Positions 47,100 through 55,694 of a DNA stretch of 64,000 nucleotides are shown piece after piece. Under the pieces are notes generated by a model. That model saw only the letters and a list, made by a program, of their open reading frames with translations, had not been told where the DNA came from and searched no databases. How positions within the stretch are numbered: the first letter of the stretch is position 1; each line of letters begins with the position of its first letter. Where the stretch lies: the NCBI GenBank assembly GCA_023255625.1, contig JAHFLF010000001.1:431771-495770 (forward strand), in the 5' to 3' direction. The DNA comes from Candidatus Harrisonbacteria bacterium (GTDB lineage: Bacteria; Patescibacteriota; Minisyncoccia; UBA6257; 1-14-0-10-44-23). The position numbers were made by a program, and so were the translations under genes.

Positions 47100-47406
47100 C
47101 TAGGGGAGTAAGGGTGCGCTGTGCGCCCGGGTCCAGCACGGAGGTGCAAGATGACATGCATGTCTCAAGCTTCCCGCGGCATGAGCCGCGGTATCACGAA
47201 GGAGGTGGTCATCTAGACACCTCCGCTCTGGGGCTAACCACCCTGGGGCGCCGACGGTCGATCATCTACCTCCCGTCGGCAAACATCGGCGCGCATTATC
47301 TGGCGCCGACAAAGCGAAACATATTCAAGTTGTACCGAGGGCTACCGTCATTCCCTCGGCCGCCGAAGGCGCTGCGTCCAGGGTAACGCAGCGCCACTTC
47401 TTTTTA
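47100..47406 (+). ncRNA. candidate structured RNA / leader of unknown class, ending in an intrinsic terminator
   Basis: GC-rich (versus ~45-50% nearby) with at least 7 consecutive hairpins (ccgcgg/ccgcgg, ggaggtg/cacctcc, gccgacgg/ccgtcggc, cggcgc/gcgccg, gaggg/ccctc). Final hairpin ggcgctgcgt..acgcagcgcc followed by ACTTCTTTTT. Contains a 21-codon mini-ORF behind GGAGGT. Confidence 0.3.
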
Positions 47407-47475
47407 ATAGTAGACAAAAAGCGCCCTCGGTGCTTAGATGAAAGAGAGGTTATTTTACGATATTGCTCAATCATC

Positions 47476-48630
47476 ATGTTTTCATATTCAATCAAAAAAG
47501 TTTTTATCGCCGGATTAGCGGCAGCAGCCGTGTTAGTCCCACTGGCGGTTTCTGCGCAATCAGTCGCCACGATACAGAGTAAGACCGGCGGCTGTATTTT
47601 CAATCGCGACATGACAATCGGTCTGCGCGGCGATGATGTGCAATGTTTGCAGGAGTATTTGATTAAGGGCGGATTCTTGAAAGTTTCAGCCACCGGATAC
47701 TTTGGTCTGCTCACGCGATCAGCGGTCATTAGCTGGCAAGCGGCGCATGCGGTTCTAGCGCGCGGCTACTTTGGTGCCATTTCGCGCGGCGTATATAACG
47801 GATATAATCAGCAGTCGACATTTGCTTTCGATAGTTATCAGACAAAAGAAAGCTGCGAGCAAGCCACCGGATATGAATGTGAGCCCTGGATGTGCGACTA
47901 TGTGCCACCGGGTAAAACATTCGCGCAGGTTTGTCCAAATGGCGGCAGTGGCTGGAGTCGGACGACGATTCGTAAGCCGGTTATCAGTACTCCTGTATGT
48001 GCTCAAGTCCTCAAGCAGTGCCCGGATGGTTCATTGGTTGGTTATGCGACTGGCACATGCCAATATCTTAGCTGTCCGCAGCCGACTACCGCGCCGACGA
48101 GCAGCGCCATTAATCAGCCGAGTATCAGTGGGGGAGCAGCAGTAAGCAGCGGATCTTTCGGCGGGCTTCTGAATCAAAAGCTGGCGGTTTTTTCGATCTC
48201 AAATTATGCCGGTGGTTCTGTGAAGATTTCCGATTTGTCATTCAAAAAAGATAAAAACACCGGTTTAATTTTGCAAAATTTAAGAGTGGTCATCGCCGGT
48301 AGTTTTGGCGGCAATCAATTTGGGGTTACTCAAACTGCCGTGATGGACGATGAGAAGATTGTTGTTACGGCTGTATATCCGGTTACGATTTCAAAAAGGC
48401 AAGCAATCACTGTAGAGGTTTACGCCGATATTCTGGCCGGATCATTGCCGAGTAAATACCTCTCCGTTATTGATCTGGTAGATTGGGGGGCAACCAAATC
48501 GAAAAGCGGTGCCTCGATCGCTTTCCCGGGCACCCAGCCCGGGCAGGATCTGCTGCTTTACGAAAAATATTCAACTTTAGAGGGATCTGTTCCGGCTGGA
48601 GTTAGTTTGACATCACTGGATGGATCCTAG
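47476..48630 (+). CDS. secreted Cys-rich protein with peptidoglycan-binding (PG_binding_1-like) domain
   Basis: Signal peptide MFSYSIKKVFIAGLAAAAVLVPLAVSAQS; DDVQCLQEYLIKGGFL...GYFGLLTRSAVISWQ pattern. Confidence 0.55.
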   Translation: MFSYSIKKVFIAGLAAAAVLVPLAVSAQSVATIQSKTGGCIFNRDMTIGLRGDDVQCLQEYLIKGGFLKVSATGYFGLLTRSAVISWQAAHAVLARGYFGAISRGVYNGYNQQSTFAFDSYQTKESCEQATGYECEPWMCDYVPPGKTFAQVCPNGGSGWSRTTIRKPVISTPVCAQVLKQCPDGSLVGYATGTCQYLSCPQPTTAPTSSAINQPSISGGAAVSSGSFGGLLNQKLAVFSISNYAGGSVKISDLSFKKDKNTGLILQNLRVVIAGSFGGNQFGVTQTAVMDDEKIVVTAVYPVTISKRQAITVEVYADILAGSLPSKYLSVIDLVDWGATKSKSGASIAFPGTQPGQDLLLYEKYSTLEGSVPAGVSLTSLDGS

Positions 48631-48667
48631 AAATTCAAAACCCGCACTAGGCGGGTTTTGAATTTCT
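48630..48667. terminator. bidirectional terminator hairpin between convergent genes
   Basis: gaaattcaaaacccgc cta gtgcgggttttgaatttc (perfect 16-bp stem). Confidence 0.7.
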
Positions 48668-48672
48668 AACGA

Positions 48673-49152
48673 TTATTCTGCTAACCACCGCCGCAGTTTC
48701 GGCGAATTTGCACAACTCGGGAGATTCGCGCAACAATTGCCCAGACCCCAGACACGACCAGCACGCCAGCTGGCCAGTGTCAAAAGTCCAGCAGCATAGA
48801 TGATGTGCTCATCAACTAGCCAGCCATGAGCGATGACGAGGCCTGGTTCGAGTACCGGGAAGTAATATAACAGCATCAGAATCGCACCGGCAATTCCGCT
48901 GAATCTGACGAAGATGCCAAGAATAAGAGCGGCGCCGATCAGTGTGAGCCCCCATTCGTTAATGAAATCGACGAAGGGTAACATACTCGGACTAGCCAAC
49001 CAGCCATACAATCCGGAAAAAGTTTTTGCCGTAGTTAAGTAGCTGGCCGCACTCCAGGTCGGATTCATCAATTTAGTCAGACCGGCATAAAACAACAGCC
49101 AGCCGGTTGTGATCCGTAGAAGAAACAAAGACAATTTTTGAAAGTTAGACAT
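48673..49152 (-). CDS. DoxX family membrane protein
   Basis: Four-TM pattern and N-terminal LRI..G..F...GL.K motif. Confidence 0.7.
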   Translation of the reverse strand: MSNFQKLSLFLLRITTGWLLFYAGLTKLMNPTWSAASYLTTAKTFSGLYGWLASPSMLPFVDFINEWGLTLIGAALILGIFVRFSGIAGAILMLLYYFPVLEPGLVIAHGWLVDEHIIYAAGLLTLASWRAGRVWGLGNCCANLPSCANSPKLRRWLAE

Positions 49153-49320
49153 ATTTATAAGTTAGTTTGTAATTTAGAGACCTGACTTAAAGTCGGCTGC
49201 CAGAAAACCGTGGCCGATAAATTCACCGGCAACGGCAATTCGTAAAATCCAATTGATGAGTTTTGTATTCATATTTGTTTCAATTAATTGCAAAACGACC
49301 TTTGAATAAATCTTATTTGA

Positions 49321-49632
49321 TTATATACGCGCTAATTTTCCATGCTGGCGCAGATTATGGAGAATCCGACATGGGTCAACAATCCGACGGTCGATAATTC
49401 GATAGTGGGCATTTTGTCCGCTGCGACGCACGGTAACCAGTCGCGCGTGGCGCAGCAGGGCAAGATGCTGCGAGAGATTGGATTTTGTTAAGCGCAGGAT
49501 GCCGCGCAATTCCTCAACTGCAAATTCGCGGATGCGGAGCAAATTTAAAATTTCCAGCCGCTTCGGGTTGGCCAGCACTTTATATACCTCCGCATTTTTT
49601 ATATAGGCCTCTTTGGGCAGCGGTGATTTCAT
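49321..49632 (-). CDS. ArsR/SmtB family transcriptional regulator
   Basis: Winged HTH: ANPKRLEILNLL....VEEL......SNLSQHLALLRHARLV. Confidence 0.8.
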   Translation of the reverse strand: MKSPLPKEAYIKNAEVYKVLANPKRLEILNLLRIREFAVEELRGILRLTKSNLSQHLALLRHARLVTVRRSGQNAHYRIIDRRIVDPCRILHNLRQHGKLARI

Positions 49633-49706
49633 AGTTGCGCAACTCTGAAATTAGTATAGCATGCGGAATCCGGGGGAGGGTGTGGATAGCCGACTTAGGG
49701 CGCTGC

Positions 49707-50372
49707 TTAGACCCGTTTGTTTTTAGATTTCTGAACTTTTCTTGGGAAACCAATATAAGCTCGGATAGTCTTTTTGCCGCTAATTGCTAGGGCGACAGAT
49801 CTCATGCAACCATCATCAATATCACCTTTCATTTTTCGTTTGAGTCCTTTTCTGCCGCGCGTGCCAGTCCCGCCCTTGAAGATTATCGGAAACAAGTACT
49901 TCTCTTTTTGCAAAATATGTACATTCGTTTTCAGAATATTCGGAATGCTATACCTTGATCGCTTTTTCAAAATTTTTGGATCGTGTTCTAGCGCAGATTT
50001 TACATGTGCAGCAGTTTGGGCAAGGGAACCCTTGGTCCATGCAAGAGGCAACCCACCTGCTTTTTTCCAAACACCAATTTCATCTACTGATGCTGTACCA
50101 ATATACCAATCATAATCGTCGTAGGCCCTCAACCTTTTTGCCCACTCGTTTTTAATAATTCGGTTGAGGGTTGATATCGGCATCTTCAGAGCTTTTTTCT
50201 TTGCAGTTTTGAGTTTTCTCCTAAAGACATGCTCCGGTACAAGCGTCAGATGTTTTCTCCTGTCTTTTTTGGCGCTAATAAGATCGGCAACAACAAAAGC
50301 TCGCTTAACTTCGATGCCGTTTACTGATTCGAGGATTTTCATGTGTTGGGATGTGGGGCGCTGCCCGACCAC
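49707..50372 (-). CDS. hypothetical 221-aa basic protein, no recognised domain
   Basis: Long ORF abutting the DUF1801 gene stop-to-start (50372/50373). Lys/Arg-rich. Confidence 0.5.
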   Translation of the reverse strand: MVGQRPTSQHMKILESVNGIEVKRAFVVADLISAKKDRRKHLTLVPEHVFRRKLKTAKKKALKMPISTLNRIIKNEWAKRLRAYDDYDWYIGTASVDEIGVWKKAGGLPLAWTKGSLAQTAAHVKSALEHDPKILKKRSRYSIPNILKTNVHILQKEKYLFPIIFKGGTGTRGRKGLKRKMKGDIDDGCMRSVALAISGKKTIRAYIGFPRKVQKSKNKRV

Positions 50373-50807
50373 TTATTTCCTGCGATTTACTGCGAGTTTG
50401 ATGATTTTTTCAAGCTCTTTTTCGTCGATATCGGAAAGTTTTTTGATATAGAGACATCCACCCCCTTCTTTATACTTACCTAATTTTAAGAGAAAATCGT
50501 TTTTCCCTTTATCTTCTTTCAAGCCATTGATGGTCATTTTGAAAATTTTTAAGCCATAGAGAGCAATGTTTTGTTTGCGTGGCGAAAGACCTATCATCAT
50601 CCACTCACCCTCTTTGCCGTTTGCGTAGGTGTACTTTTTGCGACCGAAACCGACGATTGATGTGCCCCACATTTCTGGCTTAGCCTTAGTTGCCCGCTCC
50701 ATCATTCCGGAAATGACGGAACAATCTTTGCGCTTCTCTATATCTTTGATTGTGCTCAAAAATTTCTTCACACTTACCTTATTCACTTTTGTTTTTAATT
50801 CTGGCAT
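50373..50807 (-). CDS. DUF1801 (YdhG-like) domain protein
   Basis: Family-like C-terminal block LGKYKEGGGCLYIKKLSDIDEKELEKII; family assigned from memory. Confidence 0.5.
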   Translation of the reverse strand: MPELKTKVNKVSVKKFLSTIKDIEKRKDCSVISGMMERATKAKPEMWGTSIVGFGRKKYTYANGKEGEWMMIGLSPRKQNIALYGLKIFKMTINGLKEDKGKNDFLLKLGKYKEGGGCLYIKKLSDIDEKELEKIIKLAVNRRK

Positions 50808-50846
50808 AGATGATCTTTTGTTGACGATATGGGACGGAGCGGGAAT

Positions 50847-51461
50847 CTATTTGCTCGATAAAACCCCTAAGGCCTTAAGGTTTTCTATCAATGAGTCGTA
50901 ATCCTTAAAAAGGATAGGATGAAATCCAATCTCTTTTGAGGGCAATAGACTTTGCGGACTATCATCAATGAATATTAGTTCGTGCGGCGATACGCCAAGA
51001 TTTTTTGCGAATAATTCAAAAATTTGTCTGCTTGGTTTTTGCATGCCAACTTCTGCGGATACTATCAAGGTATCAAAATGTTTATCCAGCCCAATCGCAC
51101 GCATGTGAACCGCTGCTTCTTTGCGGTTATTACTTAAGAGTCCTACTTTGTAGTCTAGCGATCTCAGCTTATCAACAAGATCAAGCATCATCGGATCTAT
51201 CTCTGGCTCTGTGTGCGCTTGGAATTTTTTGAGAAGATCAGCAAATTTTTCCGGAACTCTTAATTTTTCTGTTAAAATTTTGGCAAAATTTTCAATTGAT
51301 ACTCCCTCAATGTTGATAAGATGGTTATTTTCAAAATACACTTTGCGCACTCTATCAACAGGGAGCTTAAGGGCAGAGGCGATGCCGTCAATATAACCAT
51401 AACCCACCATGCTTGTGGTCATTACACCTCCGTAATCAAATCCGATTGCTTTGAATTTCAT
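50847..51461 (-). CDS. HAD superfamily hydrolase (subfamily IA)
   Basis: Motif I (FDYGGVM), motif II (LSNN), motif IV (IFIDDS). Confidence 0.8.
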   Translation of the reverse strand: MKFKAIGFDYGGVMTTSMVGYGYIDGIASALKLPVDRVRKVYFENNHLINIEGVSIENFAKILTEKLRVPEKFADLLKKFQAHTEPEIDPMMLDLVDKLRSLDYKVGLLSNNRKEAAVHMRAIGLDKHFDTLIVSAEVGMQKPSRQIFELFAKNLGVSPHELIFIDDSPQSLLPSKEIGFHPILFKDYDSLIENLKALGVLSSK

Positions 51462-51623
51462 GCGTTGACCACGTCGGTTGCGGAGCTTTAGCTTCCAATC
51501 AGTATCCTCCTTCGCTTGATTCTAATCAAGCCCCTGAAGGACGCGATAAGCACCACGGTAACCTTTATTTGTATCTACAACGGGTCCTGGAAATTGAGCC
51601 GTAAAAATGATATAATTACAACT

Positions 51624-52175
51624 ATGACTACTATTGACGAAGATAGCAAAGAGCGGGCTTTAAAACTTTTTGGGAGCCCTGAAATTGAAGGTTTTGAATT
51701 GGGCACTCTGAAGGGGTTGCAGCAAATTCACACCTATCTTTTTGGCGGCCTTTATGATTTTGCCGGGCAGATTCGCAGTAAGGACATCAGCAAGGGCGGT
51801 TTTCGTTTTGCTTCACATTTATATTTAATAGAGAGTTTAGCAAAGGTGGAGAAAATGCCGGAGAGTAGTTTTGAGGATATTGTGGCTAAATATGTGGAGA
51901 TGAACATCGCTCATCCATTTATGGAGGGTAATGGGCGCAGTATGCGGATTTGGTTAGATTTGGTATTAAAAAAGAATCTGAAAAAGTGCATAGATTGGGC
52001 CAGAATCGACAAGCTGGATTATTTGAACGCAATGCAGCGAAGCCCAGTTAATAACCTAGAGATCCGAGAACTTTTGCGTGGGGCTTTAACTGAAAAAATC
52101 AACGACCGCGAAGTGTATATGAAGGGCACTGAGCAGTCCTACTATTACGAAGAGGTGGATTTGTATAAGGCGTAA
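51624..52175 (+). CDS. Fic/Doc family protein
   Basis: Canonical Fic motif [12 protein letters not shown] (HPFx[DE]GNGR). Start taken at MTTIDED. Confidence 0.8.
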   Translation: MTTIDEDSKERALKLFGSPEIEGFELGTLKGLQQIHTYLFGGLYDFAGQIRSKDISKGGFRFASHLYLIESLAKVEKMPESSFEDIVAKYVEMNIAHPFMEGNGRSMRIWLDLVLKKNLKKCIDWARIDKLDYLNAMQRSPVNNLEIRELLRGALTEKINDREVYMKGTEQSYYYEEVDLYKA

Positions 52176-52308
52176 AACCGGGTCAGTGCCGCTTTCGAAT
52201 CCATCTCCTTATTTGTAGAATATCGCAACAATCTGTCCGATGGAGCCGCTAAGATGTTGACGATCTGGGACGAAGTTGGAACATTTCTTAAAGAATCACT
52301 AAATGGAA

Positions 52309-52812
52309 TTACTTCAGCGCTCGTAATCCCTCAATATCACGAGCATCCCAATCGTCCCGCATGATCATCTCTTTATTCTTGATGATGAGATCCTTAGCCA
52401 TAAGCGGTAAGGAGAATCCGTGGAAATCAACCATTTCGACCGCAGGAAAACCTTGATCGTAAAAGGGTTTATAGTCTCCAAGCTCTTTGTCAAAAATCTT
52501 TAGATCGGCCATCGTACAAATATCGACAATCTGATTTGAGATGGTGATCTCCATATTGTAGTTATCGTAGGATTTGCTTACAAAGTGGATCAGTGGCTGC
52601 GTTATATAAGGACTGAGTTTCTTTATCATATCTGTGAACTTATGATCGTCTTTAGTTATGTCTATATCAATGTCGATATCAGTCAGTTTTCTTTTAACGC
52701 CATATACATAGCATGCGAAACCACCTGTGATCACCCATTTACTATCAAGCCCTTCTATTTCAGGGATTATTTTTGCAAGCGTATCACACGCTGCCTGTTC
52801 TTCGGAATTCAT
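52309..52812 (-). CDS. nucleotidyltransferase domain protein (Pol-beta-like NTase fold)
   Basis: GGFACYVYGVKRKLTDIDIDID fits the G[SG]x9-13DxD NTase signature. Confidence 0.55.
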   Translation of the reverse strand: MNSEEQAACDTLAKIIPEIEGLDSKWVITGGFACYVYGVKRKLTDIDIDIDITKDDHKFTDMIKKLSPYITQPLIHFVSKSYDNYNMEITISNQIVDICTMADLKIFDKELGDYKPFYDQGFPAVEMVDFHGFSLPLMAKDLIIKNKEMIMRDDWDARDIEGLRALK

Positions 52813-52867
52813 TGTTAAATATTATCATTCATCGATGCGACTTGAGCGGAATAACACAGTTCATTTG

Positions 52868-52939
52868 TTGGGGGACAGGGACTCGAACCCCGAACTTCGC
52901 CTCCAGAGGGCGACGTGTTACCAATTGCACCATCCCCCA
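52868..52939 (-). tRNA. tRNA-Gln (anticodon CTG)
   Basis: Hand fold: U1-A72 acceptor (TGGGGGA/TCCCCCA), 3-bp D-stem, anticodon arm TCGCC-CTCTGGA-GGCGA, T-arm CGGGG-TTCGAGT-CCCTG. CCA not encoded. Confidence 0.75.
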
Positions 52940-52986
52940 ATTGGTCAATGTATCTTAGGGTATTTCCGGAAAGAAATCAATTTTTT

Positions 52987-53031
52987 GTTGTACTATGCCC
53001 TTATTCGCGCGAATAAGGGCATAGTACAAAT
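52987..53031. repeat. 44-nt perfect palindrome upstream of tRNA-Gln
   Basis: ttgtactatgcccttattcgcg cgaataagggcatagtacaa. Confidence 0.7.
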
Positions 53032-53094
53032 TGACCATGTCGTGCGTTTGGCGTAGGTTATGGAGACCGGACTCAAACTAACAAAGGAGGAGCA

Positions 53095-53721
53095 TTGCGC
53101 GCAGCATTCGCAATCATCGCTATGTTCCTAATGGTAGGAGCGAGCGGTTGGTGTTGCTACCGGATCTGGAGCAAGAAAGATCCGCCTCTTCCAATTACCA
53201 CCTGGCTCATCTTCAGTATGGTGGTGCCGGCCGTGGCTCTGGCGGCCGTACTACAAACAGGCATTGAGAGGTGGGGGAACGCGCAGGCGGTTGTCGACGC
53301 GATGTCAGTTGTCTGCGTGCTTGGTTTCATGCTGGGCACCGGGCATTACCGGATCGGCGTCAGCGCGCTGGAGCGGCGGGTCAACATTCTCTGTGTTGTA
53401 CTGGCGATCCTGGTTGTTGTCTATTGGTCATGTACCAGTGCACACCACTACGCTAATCTTGCGCTGCAGGGCGTGATGGTCGTGAGCTACATCCCGCTCT
53501 GGTTTGAGCTACTGACCGCGAAGCGGAATCCTTACCGGTTTGGTTTCTGGTTCACGCTGTTCATTCTTTCGGTGATCAGCTTCGAACCTGCCTACGAGGA
53601 TTGGTCGGAAAACGGTGAGACCATGCAGCTCTGGTACGCCGGGCGCGCCACCGTTTCGACTCTGTCGGTGCTATTCCTGATGCGGCGGCTCGTTCGCAGG
53701 GAGCAGCGCAACGCACTATGA
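53095..53721 (+). CDS. hypothetical multi-TM membrane protein (GC-rich gene)
   Basis: Five or six hydrophobic helices. GC3-rich codon usage distinct from neighbours. Confidence 0.5.
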   Translation: MRAAFAIIAMFLMVGASGWCCYRIWSKKDPPLPITTWLIFSMVVPAVALAAVLQTGIERWGNAQAVVDAMSVVCVLGFMLGTGHYRIGVSALERRVNILCVVLAILVVVYWSCTSAHHYANLALQGVMVVSYIPLWFELLTAKRNPYRFGFWFTLFILSVISFEPAYEDWSENGETMQLWYAGRATVSTLSVLFLMRRLVRREQRNAL

Positions 53722-53919
53722 GGCCCGCTTCGAGGAGCGGGCCTTGCGATTTTCAAAAGTAATCGCGAATGAAAAACCAGCGAAATATCGCGAATGGGAA
53801 GAGAAAGAGGTGCGTTTTTCGTGTTACAATAAAGGAGTTCCGGTTCTACCCGGCTTTTTCCTACTGGCCGCTGCTTATTTTTACTACTCCCTACCACCTA
53901 AAACCTATAACCTATCCCA

Positions 53920-55158
53920 ATGGCCGAAGGCGAAGCAAAAATAGACATGACAGTTATTGAGGCGGAGGTGCAAAAGCACCCTCCGTTTCGTTCGATTATT
54001 AAAATTGTCGATGCTCTGGTGGCACAGGCCTTTTTTGCCCGCAGTTCTGATATCCATCTTGATCCAGAGGAGAAGAAGTTGCGCGTCCGGTTTCGGATCG
54101 ATGGCGTGCTGCACGATATCTATTCATTTCCGAAAGAGCTGCATCAGGAAATTATTACCCGTATTAAAGTGCTGGCCGCGATGCGCACCGACGAGCACCA
54201 GGCCGCGCAGGATGGTCGCATGCGAATTGCAATTCCAGACAGCCCGCCGGTGGATGTGCGTGTTTCTATCACGCCGACTTATTTTGGCGAGAACTGCGTG
54301 ATGCGACTTTTAATCAGCCGCGCCGATGATTTTACGCTGAAGGATTTGGGCTTTTCCCCGCATAATTTAGCGATTATTGCCAAGGCCATGAAAAAGCCGT
54401 ATGGGCTGATGCTGGCGACCGGGCCGACCGGGTCTGGTAAGACGACGACTTTGTATATGATTCTTAAAGAATTAAATAAGCCGGAGATTTCGATTATCAC
54501 AATTGAAGATCCGATTGAGTATTCGCTGCCGGGCGTTGATCAAATCCAGGTTAACGCTAAAACCGGACTAACTTTTGCGAATGGTTTGCGTTCTATCTTG
54601 CGTCAGGATCCGAACACCGTGATGGTCGGTGAAATTCGTGATGGGGAGACGGCTTCGATTGCCGTAAACGCCGCCATGACCGGCCACCTGGTGCTTTCAA
54701 CTTTACATACTAACGATGCGCCAACTACCTTGCCGCGATTACTTGATTTAGGCGTTGAGCCATTCTTAATTGCCTCAACTTTGAATATCGCCATCGGTCA
54801 GCGTTTAGTGCGCACAATTTGCACTGATTGCAAAGTGAAAAAAGAATTAACCGATGTTGAACTTAAAACATTGACCGAGGCGTTCCCAGCGGAGTTGCTG
54901 CAGAATAACCGGGCTTTTTATCGGGGAGAGGGCTGCAAACGGTGCAGCAGCAGTGGTTATCGCGGTCGAGTTGGTATTCATGAGGTATTGGAGATTAACG
55001 AAGAACTGCGCGTTATGATCATGCGCCGGGCGAATGCCGACGAGATGCGTGCGGCGGCGATAAAACAAGGTATGATTACTATGACGGTAGATGGTTTTAA
55101 TAAGGCAGTTGCCGGACTAACGACTCTCGAAGAGGTGCTACGCGTGTTCCATGAGTAA
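53920..55158 (+). CDS. pilB: type II/IV secretion system ATPase (GspE/PilB family), short form
   Basis: Walker A GPTGSGKTT, Asp box, Walker B, His box, and tetracysteine CTDCK..CKRC motif region. Confidence 0.85.
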   Translation: MAEGEAKIDMTVIEAEVQKHPPFRSIIKIVDALVAQAFFARSSDIHLDPEEKKLRVRFRIDGVLHDIYSFPKELHQEIITRIKVLAAMRTDEHQAAQDGRMRIAIPDSPPVDVRVSITPTYFGENCVMRLLISRADDFTLKDLGFSPHNLAIIAKAMKKPYGLMLATGPTGSGKTTTLYMILKELNKPEISIITIEDPIEYSLPGVDQIQVNAKTGLTFANGLRSILRQDPNTVMVGEIRDGETASIAVNAAMTGHLVLSTLHTNDAPTTLPRLLDLGVEPFLIASTLNIAIGQRLVRTICTDCKVKKELTDVELKTLTEAFPAELLQNNRAFYRGEGCKRCSSSGYRGRVGIHEVLEINEELRVMIMRRANADEMRAAAIKQGMITMTVDGFNKAVAGLTTLEEVLRVFHE

Positions 55159-55261
55159 TCGCTAATATCGCAAATAAAGGGCAGGAATATCGCCAATGGA
55201 TGCATGATCAAGAAGTAATCGCTAATATCGCAAATAAAGGGCAGGAATATCGCCAATGGAT
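55154..55261. repeat. two direct ~47-nt units (agtaatcgctaatatcgcaaataaagggcaggaatatcgccaatggat), left flank of GxxExxY cassette
   Basis: Unit 1 overlaps the pilB stop. Unit 2 supplies the ATG of the cassette gene. A diverged third copy lies at ~53748..53795 upstream of pilB. Confidence 0.8.
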
Positions 55262-55648
55262 ACTGCTGAAAATACTCTTGTTTTCCCAGAATTAAGCTAT
55301 CAAGTTGTTGGAGCGGCTTTCGATGTATTTAACGAGCTTGGTTGGGGATATAAAGAAAAAGTATATGAGCAAGCTCTTTTGTTAGAGCTGCAAAAATTTA
55401 GGTTGCCGATACGATCTCAAGTTTACATTCCATTACAATATAAAGAAAATATAATCGGTAAGTTTTTCGCAGATATTATTGTTGACGATAAAATTTTGAT
55501 TGAGCTTAAGATTGTTTCGCAATTGGGTTATGTACATATCAAACAAATATATCCTTATCTAAAAGCTGCTAGGTTTAAACTGGGTATTTTGATATACTTT
55601 ACTAAAGATGGTGTTAAGTACAGGAGAATTTTGAATCCGGAAGTTTAA
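55256..55648 (+). CDS. GxxExxY family protein (second paralog)
   Basis: ELSYQVVGAAFDVFNELGWGYKEKVYEQAL contains the GxxExxY signature. Inserted between pilB-like and pilC-like genes. Confidence 0.75.
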   Translation: MDTAENTLVFPELSYQVVGAAFDVFNELGWGYKEKVYEQALLLELQKFRLPIRSQVYIPLQYKENIIGKFFADIIVDDKILIELKIVSQLGYVHIKQIYPYLKAARFKLGILIYFTKDGVKYRRILNPEV

Positions 55649-55692
55649 TTTGCGATATTTTTAAATAATTAGCGATATTAGCGATTACTCCT
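55649..55692. repeat. inverted copy of the 'gtaatcgctaatatcgc' unit (right flank of cassette)
   Basis: tttgcgatatttttaaataattagcgatattagcgattactcc; reverse complement contains gtaatcgctaatatcgc. Confidence 0.7.
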
Positions 55693-55694
55693 TT

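Noticed and set aside
47100-47406. Identification of the GC-rich structured segment as RNase P RNA, SRP RNA, tmRNA or group II intron domain V
   Set aside because: By eye, none of the hallmark consensus strings (P4 AGGAAAGTCCGGGC / ACAGAACCCGGCTTA, SRP domain IV GGAAG..AGCAGC, tmRNA T-arm/ANDENYALAA frame, DV RAGCYGUAUG..) are present. Left as unclassified.
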